Virus record (IMG/VR): IMGVR_UViG_3300017989_000078
Length of the DNA: 64,000 nt
Reading direction: 5' to 3' (one strand)
From: a virus
Shown here: positions 51,680 through 60,654 of the stretch, one piece after another
Layout: the number at the start of each line of letters is the position of its first letter
Numbering within the stretch: the stretch's first letter is position 1
Notes under the pieces: model-generated
Database searches by the model: none
Seen by the model: the letters and a program-made list of their open reading frames with translations, nothing else
What the model was told of the DNA's origin: nothing
Program-made: the position numbers and the translations under genes

Positions 51680-52596
51680 AAAAGAAATTTATGGAGCTTG
51701 TAAAACGTCAAACAGTACTCGCTGCGAAAGCTGCCAGCGGTACCGCGTCCAAAGTGGAGGTTGCAGAACTTGCCAAGATCACAACGGCGATCAAGGCTGC
51801 CACTGACGATGACAACGACACACAGGCCACCACACTCACAACCATGACACTCACCGAGTTCCGTACCTGGCACGACAAGGCGGTCAAGGCCATCGAAGAC
51901 GGTGACGCGGAACTGCTGCCGCTGGTCAAGAAGAACTTGGCCTCCATCAAAACACAGGCGAAGACCGACGGTGAGGATATCGTAGCGGTCGAGATGCCGG
52001 TGGAGAAGTCCGAGACCGACCGTATCGCAGAACTCGAGGCCAGGATCAAGGCGCTTGAGTCGGAGGATGAAGATGGCGATACCGGCGGTGAAGGAGATGA
52101 TCCTGAAGGAGCAGCTGCCGCATCCAAGGAAGCGAAACCCACAGCGCAGGCTCTGGCCTTGGAAGCGATAGACACATTGCTCGCCAAGTATGAAGAGGTT
52201 AAGACTGCAATCGAAGCCGGTGGTGTTACCAAGGAGCAATTGGACGCGATGTGGGACGACTGGCTCCTCAAGGATGCGATTCGCACGAGTGCCGCCATTA
52301 TGGCCAAATGCGAGGAACTTAAGACTTGCGTTACCGATGTGATGCCAGTCCTTGAGAAGTTGGATGACGGAGAAGATGGCCGGGACGGCGATGGTGATGG
52401 CGGCGACGGAGACGGTGGTGACGGTGAAGAAGATGACGCCGGTGGTGAGGGTGACGGCGGAGACGGTGGGGAAAATGACGTCAACAAATCAGGTCCTTCC
52501 AGTGCATGGCTTGGCGGCCGGGATTTGGCGGCGAAGAACCAGACACCAGAGGAACAAGTTGCGGCGATAAAAGCGGCTAAGGAAAAAGGTCGGTAA
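51676..52596 (+). CDS. acidic coiled-coil protein (scaffold-like) with GDG repeat tract
   Basis: ATGA overlap. Helical acidic sequence plus DGDGDGGDGDGGDGEEDDAGGEGDGGDGGEND. Its position is before the protease and capsid genes. Confidence 0.5.
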   Translation: MKKKFMELVKRQTVLAAKAASGTASKVEVAELAKITTAIKAATDDDNDTQATTLTTMTLTEFRTWHDKAVKAIEDGDAELLPLVKKNLASIKTQAKTDGEDIVAVEMPVEKSETDRIAELEARIKALESEDEDGDTGGEGDDPEGAAAASKEAKPTAQALALEAIDTLLAKYEEVKTAIEAGGVTKEQLDAMWDDWLLKDAIRTSAAIMAKCEELKTCVTDVMPVLEKLDDGEDGRDGDGDGGDGDGGDGEEDDAGGEGDGGDGGENDVNKSGPSSAWLGGRDLAAKNQTPEEQVAAIKAAKEKGR

Positions 52597-52623
52597 TAGG
52601 TCTCAACGTTCCGGAGGTACACC

Positions 52624-53655
52624 TTGGAAATCGGAATCTTTACATCGAGCCAGAAGAACGACGATGGCGTGCCGATATCTTTTTTCGGCATGAACGACAC
52701 CCACATTTTGGCGGCACTGTATAAAGCTGCGACAGCGATTGCTGGTCCTGGCATGGACTCATTTGATCCGCCGGCAGGCATGAAGGTGCACAAGGTCGGT
52801 TCTGTTTCGGTGGAGGGAGTCGACGACGAGTCGGTGTATGTTATTCAGGCCGATGATGCTGCCAAGCCAGAGGGTGGTCGCATGCCAGGTGGTGCCAACG
52901 GGACATGGGCCATACAGTCGCTTATCTTTAGCAAAGATGAATTCACCGTTGAGACCGCGCGCAAATGGGTAACCGACCACGATGGCTTCGGTGACTATGG
53001 CGTGGACGAGACCGAGACTTCGTTTAGATTCCGTCAGTACGACCCTGAATATTTCGATGAGTTCCGCACGATAACAGTGGACACGGGCATATCGGCCTCC
53101 TATGGCAAGATTGACAAAGAGACGGATACCACGACAGAAGATGCAGCCAAATCTTTGGAGGCGTCTATCCGCAAGTGGGAAGCTGTTCACAACGTCAACA
53201 AGGCGATCATGGCCTCTGGGCTAAAGGTCCTTTCCGAGACGGCAGTTGTGACCAAAGGCGAGGATGGCGAATCCGAGGAACGCTTTGTCATGTCCCTAGT
53301 GTTGGAGCCGAACGACGGCCAAGACGGGGCTCCTCTTAAGCCTGATACACAGGGTGACATTTACAGCGCGGCAGATGTACGCAAAGCGGCTCATGCTTGG
53401 ATGGAGCACCACGGCGCGATAGATCTGCGCCATTCCTGGAAGGCACTTGGCAAGGACGAGGTCCGGCCACTCGAGACATACGTGGCTCCTGTAGATTTCA
53501 CATTGGGTGAAGGGGACAATGCGTACGACGTAATCAAAGGAACATGGCTGCTAGGTGTTCGTATCGTAGACGATAAATTATGGGACGAAGTCAAAGACGG
53601 CGAACTAGGGGCTTATAGCATCGGTGGCACCGCCATCCGTGAGCCAGCAGAGTAG
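52624..53655 (+). CDS. XkdF-like putative prohead serine protease
   Basis: ERFVMSLVLEPNDGQDG..KPDTQGDIYSAADVRKAAHAWMEHHGAIDLRHS...KGTWLLGVRIVDDKLWDEVKDGELGAYSIGG fits the XkdF (Peptidase_S78_2) pattern. TTG start behind GGAGGT. Confidence 0.65.
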   Translation: MEIGIFTSSQKNDDGVPISFFGMNDTHILAALYKAATAIAGPGMDSFDPPAGMKVHKVGSVSVEGVDDESVYVIQADDAAKPEGGRMPGGANGTWAIQSLIFSKDEFTVETARKWVTDHDGFGDYGVDETETSFRFRQYDPEYFDEFRTITVDTGISASYGKIDKETDTTTEDAAKSLEASIRKWEAVHNVNKAIMASGLKVLSETAVVTKGEDGESEERFVMSLVLEPNDGQDGAPLKPDTQGDIYSAADVRKAAHAWMEHHGAIDLRHSWKALGKDEVRPLETYVAPVDFTLGEGDNAYDVIKGTWLLGVRIVDDKLWDEVKDGELGAYSIGGTAIREPAE

Positions 53656-53664
53656 GAGTTAAGA

Positions 53665-54708
53665 ATGACTATTCCACGCAGTTGGAGCAATAAGGGCGCC
53701 GACGATCAGAAGAATGTTTTTCGTCTAACGGATATGGATCCGGAGTTTGTTTCCCTAGTCACAGCAGGAGCTAATCGCCAAAAGCAGTTTCAGGTAGTCA
53801 AGGCGGACGATGCCTCTGATGATGTTCCCGGGGACGACGCGGACAACGACACAAAGGTGAAGACCCATAAAGCACGTGCCGAACATTTTGGAATCGAAAT
53901 GCGTGAAGACGGCAACTTGTCATACCCAAGCGGAGAGCCAACGACGAAGTCCCTTTATGGAGACCCGGTCAATCTCATGTATCCGCTTGGAGTGAATGGC
54001 AACGAGGCAGATGGTGAGCTGATCAGCAAAGCCATCGCTCTATTTGAAAAAGACTCGGATAAGTACAAAGATATGATATCCAAGGTAGGAGTTTTTGCAC
54101 GAATCATAACGGCTGCGTTGGCAGCAGATGTCGATGTGACCTGCCAAAAAGATGACGAGATATACGAGGCGCTACCCGCTGAAATCAAGGAGCGCATCAA
54201 AGAAAAGGCGGCAGCTGGTGAAGACGGCGGCGACGATGAAACCGATGGCAACGGGAACACCTCTCAGGGCGAAGATCTCTCGTCCTGGCTACAAGATGCA
54301 GGTGACCACGTGCAGACGCTCTCTCTGGATGTAGCAATCCAGAACGCGCTGGACGCCCAGGCCGACGGAGACGCACCTGAACACGCAGCAGCCAAAGGGG
54401 CGCAAGAGATCAACACCACGGCGGCGCCTCCCGTGGCGAAGGTTGGGGTACAGGCAGACAGTGACGGGCAGAATTTACAAGATGCCAAGATTGCCAAGCT
54501 CGAGGGTGAGCTTAAGAAAGCGCGGAGGGAAATCGTCGCGTTTAAGGCTAAGGTATCGCGCCTGTCCAAGGGTGTGGGCAAATCCAGTGTTATGTTGACC
54601 GGCGAAGTCGGAGCACCAAGCACATCTGCTCATACTGAAAAATCAAGTCCTTCTCACGGTGCATTTAGCGCCGGAGGTGACATCGCTGCGGCGATTAGAG
54701 AGGACTAA
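53665..54708 (+). CDS. scaffold-like / head-associated protein
   Basis: AGGAG RBS. Acidic, with a C-terminal coiled coil (KIAKLEGELKKARREIVAFKAKVSRL). Lies directly upstream of the capsid gene. Confidence 0.5.
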   Translation: MTIPRSWSNKGADDQKNVFRLTDMDPEFVSLVTAGANRQKQFQVVKADDASDDVPGDDADNDTKVKTHKARAEHFGIEMREDGNLSYPSGEPTTKSLYGDPVNLMYPLGVNGNEADGELISKAIALFEKDSDKYKDMISKVGVFARIITAALAADVDVTCQKDDEIYEALPAEIKERIKEKAAAGEDGGDDETDGNGNTSQGEDLSSWLQDAGDHVQTLSLDVAIQNALDAQADGDAPEHAAAKGAQEINTTAAPPVAKVGVQADSDGQNLQDAKIAKLEGELKKARREIVAFKAKVSRLSKGVGKSSVMLTGEVGAPSTSAHTEKSSPSHGAFSAGGDIAAAIRED

Positions 54709-54740
54709 CACCAACAAGACCCACAAGGGAGGAACTAAAA

Positions 54741-55679
54741 ATGGCAACTGCAAATCAAACAATCATGGCCAAAGCGGACATGGAGGTCGCTGACCTCATC
54801 GCCGATGGTGGATATCTTCAAGCCGAGCAATCTGAGAAGTTTGTCGTAGACATGATCAAAGCATCCGTGCTTATGAGCATGATCAACGTGCAGACTACGA
54901 AGTCGCACACCAAGCAAATCGACAAGGTCGGGATCAGTGGCCGCGTACTGCGCCCTGGTACCAGTGGACATGCACTCGCAGCGGCGGACAGGGTAAAACC
55001 CACCACCGACAACGAGACATTGCACACGCATCTAATGAAGTCCGAGATCAACCTCAACGACGAGGTACTCGAAGACAACATCGAGGGCGGAAACTTCAAA
55101 ACGACGGTCATGGCCATGATGGCAGATCATACGGCCCTGGACCTGGACGACCTCCTGGCCAACGGCGACACCACTTCGGCCGACCCGTTGCTCGCGCTGC
55201 TCGACGGCATGATCGTGTCGGCAACGTCGCACATCGTGAACGCAGCTGGTGTACCAATTGCGAAGTCGATGCTGAAGGATGCGATCAAGGCGATGCCATC
55301 GCAGTACAACCGCATGAAACGGAACCAGCGATTCCTGACGTCGGAAGATGCGCAGATCGACTACCACGACTACCTGGCCGACCGAGCCACTGTCCTGGGT
55401 GACAAGAAAGTTCAGGACGACTCGCCAGATCGCTACGGCAACAGGGCGATCACGGGTATTCCGGTATTCCCGGACGACTTGGGCGTTGGTAGTGACGAGA
55501 CAGCGGTTCTGTTACTGGATCCCAAACTGGCGATCTGGGGATTCTGGCGCAAGGTCAAGGTCGAGACCGATAGGGATATTCGCACAGGCGAATGGATCAT
55601 GGTCACGTCCTTGCGTGGTGGATTCCTCTACAAAGAGGAAGACGCGGTCGTCAAAATCATAGGCGTCAAGACTCAGTAG
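54741..55679 (+). CDS. major capsid protein
   Basis: AAGGGAGGA RBS; 312 aa. Position after protease and scaffold. The sequence style (MATANQTIMAKADMEVADLIADGGYLQAEQSEKFV...) is typical of HK97-fold coat proteins. Confidence 0.7.
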   Translation: MATANQTIMAKADMEVADLIADGGYLQAEQSEKFVVDMIKASVLMSMINVQTTKSHTKQIDKVGISGRVLRPGTSGHALAAADRVKPTTDNETLHTHLMKSEINLNDEVLEDNIEGGNFKTTVMAMMADHTALDLDDLLANGDTTSADPLLALLDGMIVSATSHIVNAAGVPIAKSMLKDAIKAMPSQYNRMKRNQRFLTSEDAQIDYHDYLADRATVLGDKKVQDDSPDRYGNRAITGIPVFPDDLGVGSDETAVLLLDPKLAIWGFWRKVKVETDRDIRTGEWIMVTSLRGGFLYKEEDAVVKIIGVKTQ

Positions 55680-55743
55680 TCCATAGCGTCACAGTTGTTC
55701 GAACGAATACGGCGTAATATTCGCCTAAAAATGGAGGAATAAA

Positions 55744-56097
55744 ATGGCCCTTGGAGCAATTACAATTCATGCCGTAAGGCAAACAGAGGCGGGTGGACAA
55801 GCACTGGTATGCAGTTGTGCAGGTGATGGTGCGTACGTGGCCGGCGGAACAGCCGACTTCAACGCATCTCTTCGCGCCGCGATCAAAACACTTCACGCCG
55901 CAGCAACCGACAAGAACGTGCGCGGTGAAGAAAATGTCTCGTGTCTCTACGTTGTCCCGGCAAGGGCAGGCGTTTACGTGCCCAGTTATGACTACGCGAA
56001 CGACAAGCTGTTCGTGTATGACAACAGCACAGACGCAGAGTCCATCGTCGCAAACATGAGCGGCACAACTTTCGAATTCGTCGCGGTTTGTAAGTAA
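55744..56097 (+). CDS. hypothetical head protein (possible decoration protein)
   Basis: GGAGGA RBS. Small ORF directly after the capsid gene, followed by a structured gap. Confidence 0.45.
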   Translation: MALGAITIHAVRQTEAGGQALVCSCAGDGAYVAGGTADFNASLRAAIKTLHAAATDKNVRGEENVSCLYVVPARAGVYVPSYDYANDKLFVYDNSTDAESIVANMSGTTFEFVAVCK

Positions 56098-56125
56098 GAA
56101 TCGCGTTCGACAGACCTACGGGGAA

Positions 56126-56180
56126 GCGGCGGCCCTCCGCCCAAGTGATCCCCCCCCACATCAACGGGGGGTCGCCGCCA
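56126..56180 (+). terminator. GC-rich structured element: GGCGG-CCCT-CCGCC hairpin, C8-N8-G6 hairpin, flanking GGCGGC/GCCGCC pairing
   Basis: Read directly: 56128-56141 hairpin; C8 at 56150-56157 and G6 at 56166-56171; 56128-56133 is complementary to 56173-56178. No U-tract follows. Confidence 0.4.
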
Positions 56181-56223
56181 AACTGTACAGGGGGTGAAGA
56201 GTAGTAAAGAAAAGGAGAATCGC

Positions 56224-56838
56224 ATGATCACGGCAGTTAGACTATTAGAATACGACAAGCGCAAGAATCATTGTCTGCGGACCTACACCTCTGGGGCGAC
56301 AGGTACTAAGTACACGTCTGGGTCGGTGGCAAGCCCGTCGGCATTTCGCGTCGTCCGCAACAGGAATGAACTGCAGGAGCTTTCCAGTTTTCCACAGTTT
56401 GAAATCAAACAGTTTGAAGATCTGGATCATCTGCATGAGTTCGTGCAGCACGAGATGGAACAGCGTGCACGAGTTGGTTTGCCAGCGGTACGTGCTGCAG
56501 TAATGGGAGGACCGTCAGGAAACGCAAGTGGCAAGCATGTACGACCTACAGTAGAAAGCCGTCTGCCACGTGCCGCATCCGGACCTCCATCTGATCACAC
56601 CAAGACGAACACAGGTCGTCAGCCATTGGTTCCGAACACCAAAGAAGATGGTGCCAACCGAGCCGATGGAGGGGACGCGAAGAAGACAGAAGAGAAAAAT
56701 GAAAAGAAGGTCCAGGAACCGTCGACGGGCAAAAAGACTCCGCCAAAGAAGTCCGGCAAGGGCAAGGGCGGAAAGAAGACCAGTAATAAAAAGGCTGCGA
56801 GAAAACGAGCGGTGAAACCAGCGGACAACGACAAATAG
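56224..56838 (+). CDS. hypothetical protein with Lys-rich C-terminal tail
   Basis: AAGGAGAA RBS before ATG 56224. The C-terminus is ...PPKKSGKGKGGKKTSNKKAARKRAVKP. Confidence 0.55.
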   Translation: MITAVRLLEYDKRKNHCLRTYTSGATGTKYTSGSVASPSAFRVVRNRNELQELSSFPQFEIKQFEDLDHLHEFVQHEMEQRARVGLPAVRAAVMGGPSGNASGKHVRPTVESRLPRAASGPPSDHTKTNTGRQPLVPNTKEDGANRADGGDAKKTEEKNEKKVQEPSTGKKTPPKKSGKGKGGKKTSNKKAARKRAVKPADNDK

Positions 56839-56850
56839 TCGGAGGAAGTT

Positions 56851-57126
56851 ATGGGACAAACACCGCAGCCGCGACACGCGGCGATACGAGACACTGGGGA
56901 CTTGGCACTAGCTGCCTTTGCCCACATGGAAGGTTTTCGGGTTGTCAAGGCAGAGGAGAACAAACGTGGCCGCATCACTGAGTACAGGTTTACTATCGAG
57001 GATCCTGACGAGCGGTGGGAATCACTTTGTTTGGACTTTGCAAACTCAGAGGCACAGCGACACGACGCATCTGTGCGCATGTTGAAGCGCCTCTGTAAAC
57101 GTTCGGCCCGTAACGGGGGTCATTGA
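56851..57126 (+). CDS. hypothetical protein
   Basis: GGAGGAAG RBS. Confidence 0.5.
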   Translation: MGQTPQPRHAAIRDTGDLALAAFAHMEGFRVVKAEENKRGRITEYRFTIEDPDERWESLCLDFANSEAQRHDASVRMLKRLCKRSARNGGH

Positions 57127-57139
57127 CTGAGGATGACAC

Positions 57140-58192
57140 GTGGCGATTGCGAATATTAGATGGCAGGTTGATGCGGTAACACTGGCGGCGCTGGTTGCTG
57201 CCGGGTTCGACGCATGGCTTGTCGAGCGCCAAGACGGACCATTCTGGGCAGAAATATCCTACGAGACAACACGACCACCAATAAACGCAGCGGCACTAAC
57301 CTATCTGTACACAGATCCTTCAGGTCCTGTCGATGCCATTACTGGTGAGGCCAGCGGTAACTACAGGGCCACACCTTATCGTACAAGTGATGCAGCGACA
57401 GACGTACCCATCGGTGCGACCAAGGCAAGGCGCGGATACATAACACCCGATGACGTCTGGGCCGAGGGTTATGCAAACCCACCCTGGACTCCTGCTTTGG
57501 TATGGCGAGGAATTGACAGGGCTACCAACACAATTGATGCCTTGTGCCGCCAGTGGTTTGAGCCGAGGTATTCGCAGTTTAGTTTCGACGGAACAGGCCA
57601 TGATCAATTATGGCTGGACCTGCCGATAGCCGCACTTCACGCCATGCTGTATCAAGACGACACAGTTGTGGAGGTTGACGACTTTGAGGTGTACAATCGT
57701 CATCTCACAAGGGGGCAGCTAAACCCTGACGACCGTGCGAGTCCTAAAGTTACATACGCAGATGATCTGTTCTTAGGATCCCGTCGCCGTCGTAGTAGCA
57801 GATATAGGGACGGAGCATTGTTTGGATCTGGCAGGAAGAACGTAATCCTCAAGGGCATATTTGGATACACGGAACTTGGCCCCGGCGATATAGCGGCCGA
57901 GACAGTTGTACACTCCCAGATTCCAATAAGCTATGGCCAGACGCCGTCGGAGATAGTCCGTGCCTGTTTATTGCTGACACTGACATACATGCTGCCGGCA
58001 GATGAACAACAGGAAGCTGCACTGGCCAGTAGGATAACCAAGGTGAAGACGAGGGACCAGTGGATGGAGTTCGCAGATCCTGGCGGCGGCGGTGCTAATC
58101 CAGACGCGAGTTATGGTCTGACTGGCAACATCGAGGTGGACAACATTTTGATGAGATATTCTGGTCCGATTCGAATGGGTGGAATTGGATAA
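57140..58192 (+). CDS. hypothetical structural protein
   Basis: 350-aa ORF in the head-tail module; GTG start. Confidence 0.5.
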   Translation: MAIANIRWQVDAVTLAALVAAGFDAWLVERQDGPFWAEISYETTRPPINAAALTYLYTDPSGPVDAITGEASGNYRATPYRTSDAATDVPIGATKARRGYITPDDVWAEGYANPPWTPALVWRGIDRATNTIDALCRQWFEPRYSQFSFDGTGHDQLWLDLPIAALHAMLYQDDTVVEVDDFEVYNRHLTRGQLNPDDRASPKVTYADDLFLGSRRRRSSRYRDGALFGSGRKNVILKGIFGYTELGPGDIAAETVVHSQIPISYGQTPSEIVRACLLLTLTYMLPADEQQEAALASRITKVKTRDQWMEFADPGGGGANPDASYGLTGNIEVDNILMRYSGPIRMGGIG

Positions 58193-58722
58193 TGGGTATC
58201 GTTACACGAGGCCGTCTGATCAATAAATTCGTGGCTGTGATCATGCGCTTGGACACAGAGGCTACGTCTCTTGTTGCCGGTGGAGGATATGATCCAGAAT
58301 TTGACGCTACGATACCGGTCAGCGATGGCACACAACTTGGCTCGACGTCTCGGAGAGAAATGGCAGCGTTGCGTCTCAATGTTCAACTAGATCGGAAGTC
58401 CTGGGGTGAACAGAACATGACACGGGGCGGTCGCCAGATAGTGGCTGATATTGTGCTTGTGTTCCATTGGCCCGACCTGGAGAACATGGGACTGATCAAT
58501 GCAGATGGCGAGTGCACCTTGAAAAAGGGCGACAGAATCGACCGTATCGAAACTCGCAAAGGAGCAATCGAGGCGACATTCGATAATCCACCTGGGATGT
58601 TCATCGATGGTTTCGAACGCGCCGGCCATGGGCTTGCACCGTTTGGAACGCCGAGAACAAATCTGTTATACACATACTGCGCATACGACCGAGTGGCCGG
58701 TGTTGCCGCTGGAGGTGTATAA
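58192..58722 (+). CDS. hypothetical structural protein
   Basis: TAATG overlap. Confidence 0.5.
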   Translation: MGIVTRGRLINKFVAVIMRLDTEATSLVAGGGYDPEFDATIPVSDGTQLGSTSRREMAALRLNVQLDRKSWGEQNMTRGGRQIVADIVLVFHWPDLENMGLINADGECTLKKGDRIDRIETRKGAIEATFDNPPGMFIDGFERAGHGLAPFGTPRTNLLYTYCAYDRVAGVAAGGV

Positions 58723-59267
58723 TGACGGTACGAATCTCAGTGACTCAGCACGGTATAGATAGGATGTTCCAATCTGTAGAACGTTGGGCCCGCAAGTCCG
58801 AGGGTGCAGTGGCGCGTACAACTGGGAAACTGGCGCAGGAACTCCGGAAGGACATTGTCACCGGCATAAAGAGCCAGGCACCGGGAGGGATGCAGTTTGT
58901 TCCGTTGAAAGCGGCGACGATAGCAGCCAAAGGTAGCAGCAAGGCACTCATCGACAACGGCGATATGCTCAGGTCTGTGAATGTTACCAAACTGAACCCA
59001 TTGGCCTACTTTGTAGGAATTCACCGCGCAGTTAAAACACGAGACGGCAAGTCGATGGTGAACCTTGCCGAGGTGCACGAATATGGTTCTAAGAAAGCCA
59101 ACATACCACCTCGGCCGTTCCTTGTCCCTTCGTACAACGCATGGGCATATGAAGTGCAGAAGCGTTTTGCGGAGATGGTAGCACGTGACATCGGCGTTCC
59201 AATGATCGGTTCGCTACAGGGCAACGTAGGCAGTCGCATGGGCGGCGTCACGTTTGGAGACGGCTAA
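58722..59267 (+). CDS. virion morphogenesis / tail-completion-like protein (Mu G or HK97 gp10-like)
   Basis: GMQFVPLKAATIAAKGSSKALIDNGDMLRSVNV resembles that family pattern. TAATG overlap. Confidence 0.5.
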   Translation: MTVRISVTQHGIDRMFQSVERWARKSEGAVARTTGKLAQELRKDIVTGIKSQAPGGMQFVPLKAATIAAKGSSKALIDNGDMLRSVNVTKLNPLAYFVGIHRAVKTRDGKSMVNLAEVHEYGSKKANIPPRPFLVPSYNAWAYEVQKRFAEMVARDIGVPMIGSLQGNVGSRMGGVTFGDG

Positions 59268-60235
59268 TGGCAGTCCCAACCGTAACAGGCGTGAACCCAG
59301 CGAGCGGGAGCACCCGAGGTAAGAACGTGATTCGTATAGAGGGTACTAATTTCAGGCTTCAGGATCCTCCGCCTTTAACTGGCGAAGTACAGTCCGAACA
59401 ACAGAAGACGGTATCTGTGCAGTTCGAGGGTGAAGAATCAGAGTGGGCATACAGCGCGAGCGATTCGCTCATATTGGCCCGTGTGCCAACATGGAATGGG
59501 CCCTATGATATAACCTTCCCGGCACAACTAGATGTGCGTGTGGCCAACCTGGACAACAGCGGCGTGGAGATCCCCGGTGAGAACGCCACATTAGCTGACG
59601 CCTATTCGATCAACAGGCCTTCCCTTCAAAACGAGTCATATTTGCAACGTGTTGTGCGCGAGGTGATTCGTTTATTCAGACGCCACGTGCTGGAGAACAC
59701 ACACCACACGACCTCCAGGGACTTCTCGTTGTCACCTGCTACACAGGAGACGCTTCGTGCAGAGGGGCCCCTGGTACAACTAGGAGGGCCCAGTCTCGTA
59801 CTGAACAGGTTTCATACCATAGAGCGCGAGACCGTAGAGGAAGACCCTTTGGGTGGCGTAGACGGCAGGATGCGTCGCAAACCTCCTGTGACTGTTGACA
59901 TGAATTTCTTGACAACGGTCTGGGCAAACAACATCTACCATCTCGAGGGACTTGTTCAGGCACTCTTGTTGTTTCAACGCGACATAAAACTGGTCAAGGT
60001 TCCGAGAGATCCGACAAATCCTGCCGCTGGCACGAAGGACTATGAGTTCCGGATGTCCTGGGATTCGTATCCAGATATCAATTCCGACCCAACAACTGAT
60101 GATCTGATGTACGCCGCGGCAACATTTTTCGTAAGAGGCGTGCATATTGACGAAGATATTGGTACCATAGTCGAGCGTGGCTGGATAATTACGCAGAACA
60201 ACGGGGATCCCGTGCTGCAAGTCCAGTCACACTAG
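59267..60235 (+). CDS. structural protein with N-terminal IPT/TIG-like Ig domain
   Basis: VTGVNPASGSTRGKNVIRIEGTNF; TAATG overlap. Confidence 0.5.
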   Translation: MAVPTVTGVNPASGSTRGKNVIRIEGTNFRLQDPPPLTGEVQSEQQKTVSVQFEGEESEWAYSASDSLILARVPTWNGPYDITFPAQLDVRVANLDNSGVEIPGENATLADAYSINRPSLQNESYLQRVVREVIRLFRRHVLENTHHTTSRDFSLSPATQETLRAEGPLVQLGGPSLVLNRFHTIERETVEEDPLGGVDGRMRRKPPVTVDMNFLTTVWANNIYHLEGLVQALLLFQRDIKLVKVPRDPTNPAAGTKDYEFRMSWDSYPDINSDPTTDDLMYAAATFFVRGVHIDEDIGTIVERGWIITQNNGDPVLQVQSH

Positions 60236-60244
60236 GAGGTCAAG

Positions 60245-60607
60245 ATGAAAACGGGACAAATTATTATTGAAAATCAAACAGAGCGGCACGTCACGTACCG
60301 CATTGATCACAAGGCCGTGTGCGTAAAAATAGGCAAATGTTTCTGTCGCCAGGGGCGTCGAAGCCTGGTTGCCTATTCGTTCCACGTACCCGGCGGTAAG
60401 GGTAAGCGGACTTTGCCGTTGCATCCAGGGGTCACAATGATTCCAGAGTTGAAACGGGATCTTGGTGGACGGAAACCAGCGATGAAAATCGTTGGAGCGA
60501 AGCCCAGCGAGGAAGCCGCGGAGAAACTGGCTAACAAAGCGGCCAGTGGTGATAAGCCAAGTTCCAAGTCCGGCAAGGGCAAGGGCGGCAAGACGGGGCA
60601 GAAGTAG
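60245..60607 (+). CDS. hypothetical protein with Lys/Gly-rich C-terminal tail
   Basis: AGGAGG RBS. The C-terminus is ...SSKSGKGKGGKTGQK. Confidence 0.5.
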   Translation: MKTGQIIIENQTERHVTYRIDHKAVCVKIGKCFCRQGRRSLVAYSFHVPGGKGKRTLPLHPGVTMIPELKRDLGGRKPAMKIVGAKPSEEAAEKLANKAASGDKPSSKSGKGKGGKTGQK

Positions 60608-60654
60608 GACAACCACAATAGCAACCGCTTCCGCATGGAAGCAGGAGGACGACG

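Noticed and set aside
51708-52793. 361-aa minus-strand ORF rich in SPSPPSPSP
   Set aside because: It is antisense to the acidic scaffold-like gene and its GDG repeats. This is a low-complexity artefact.
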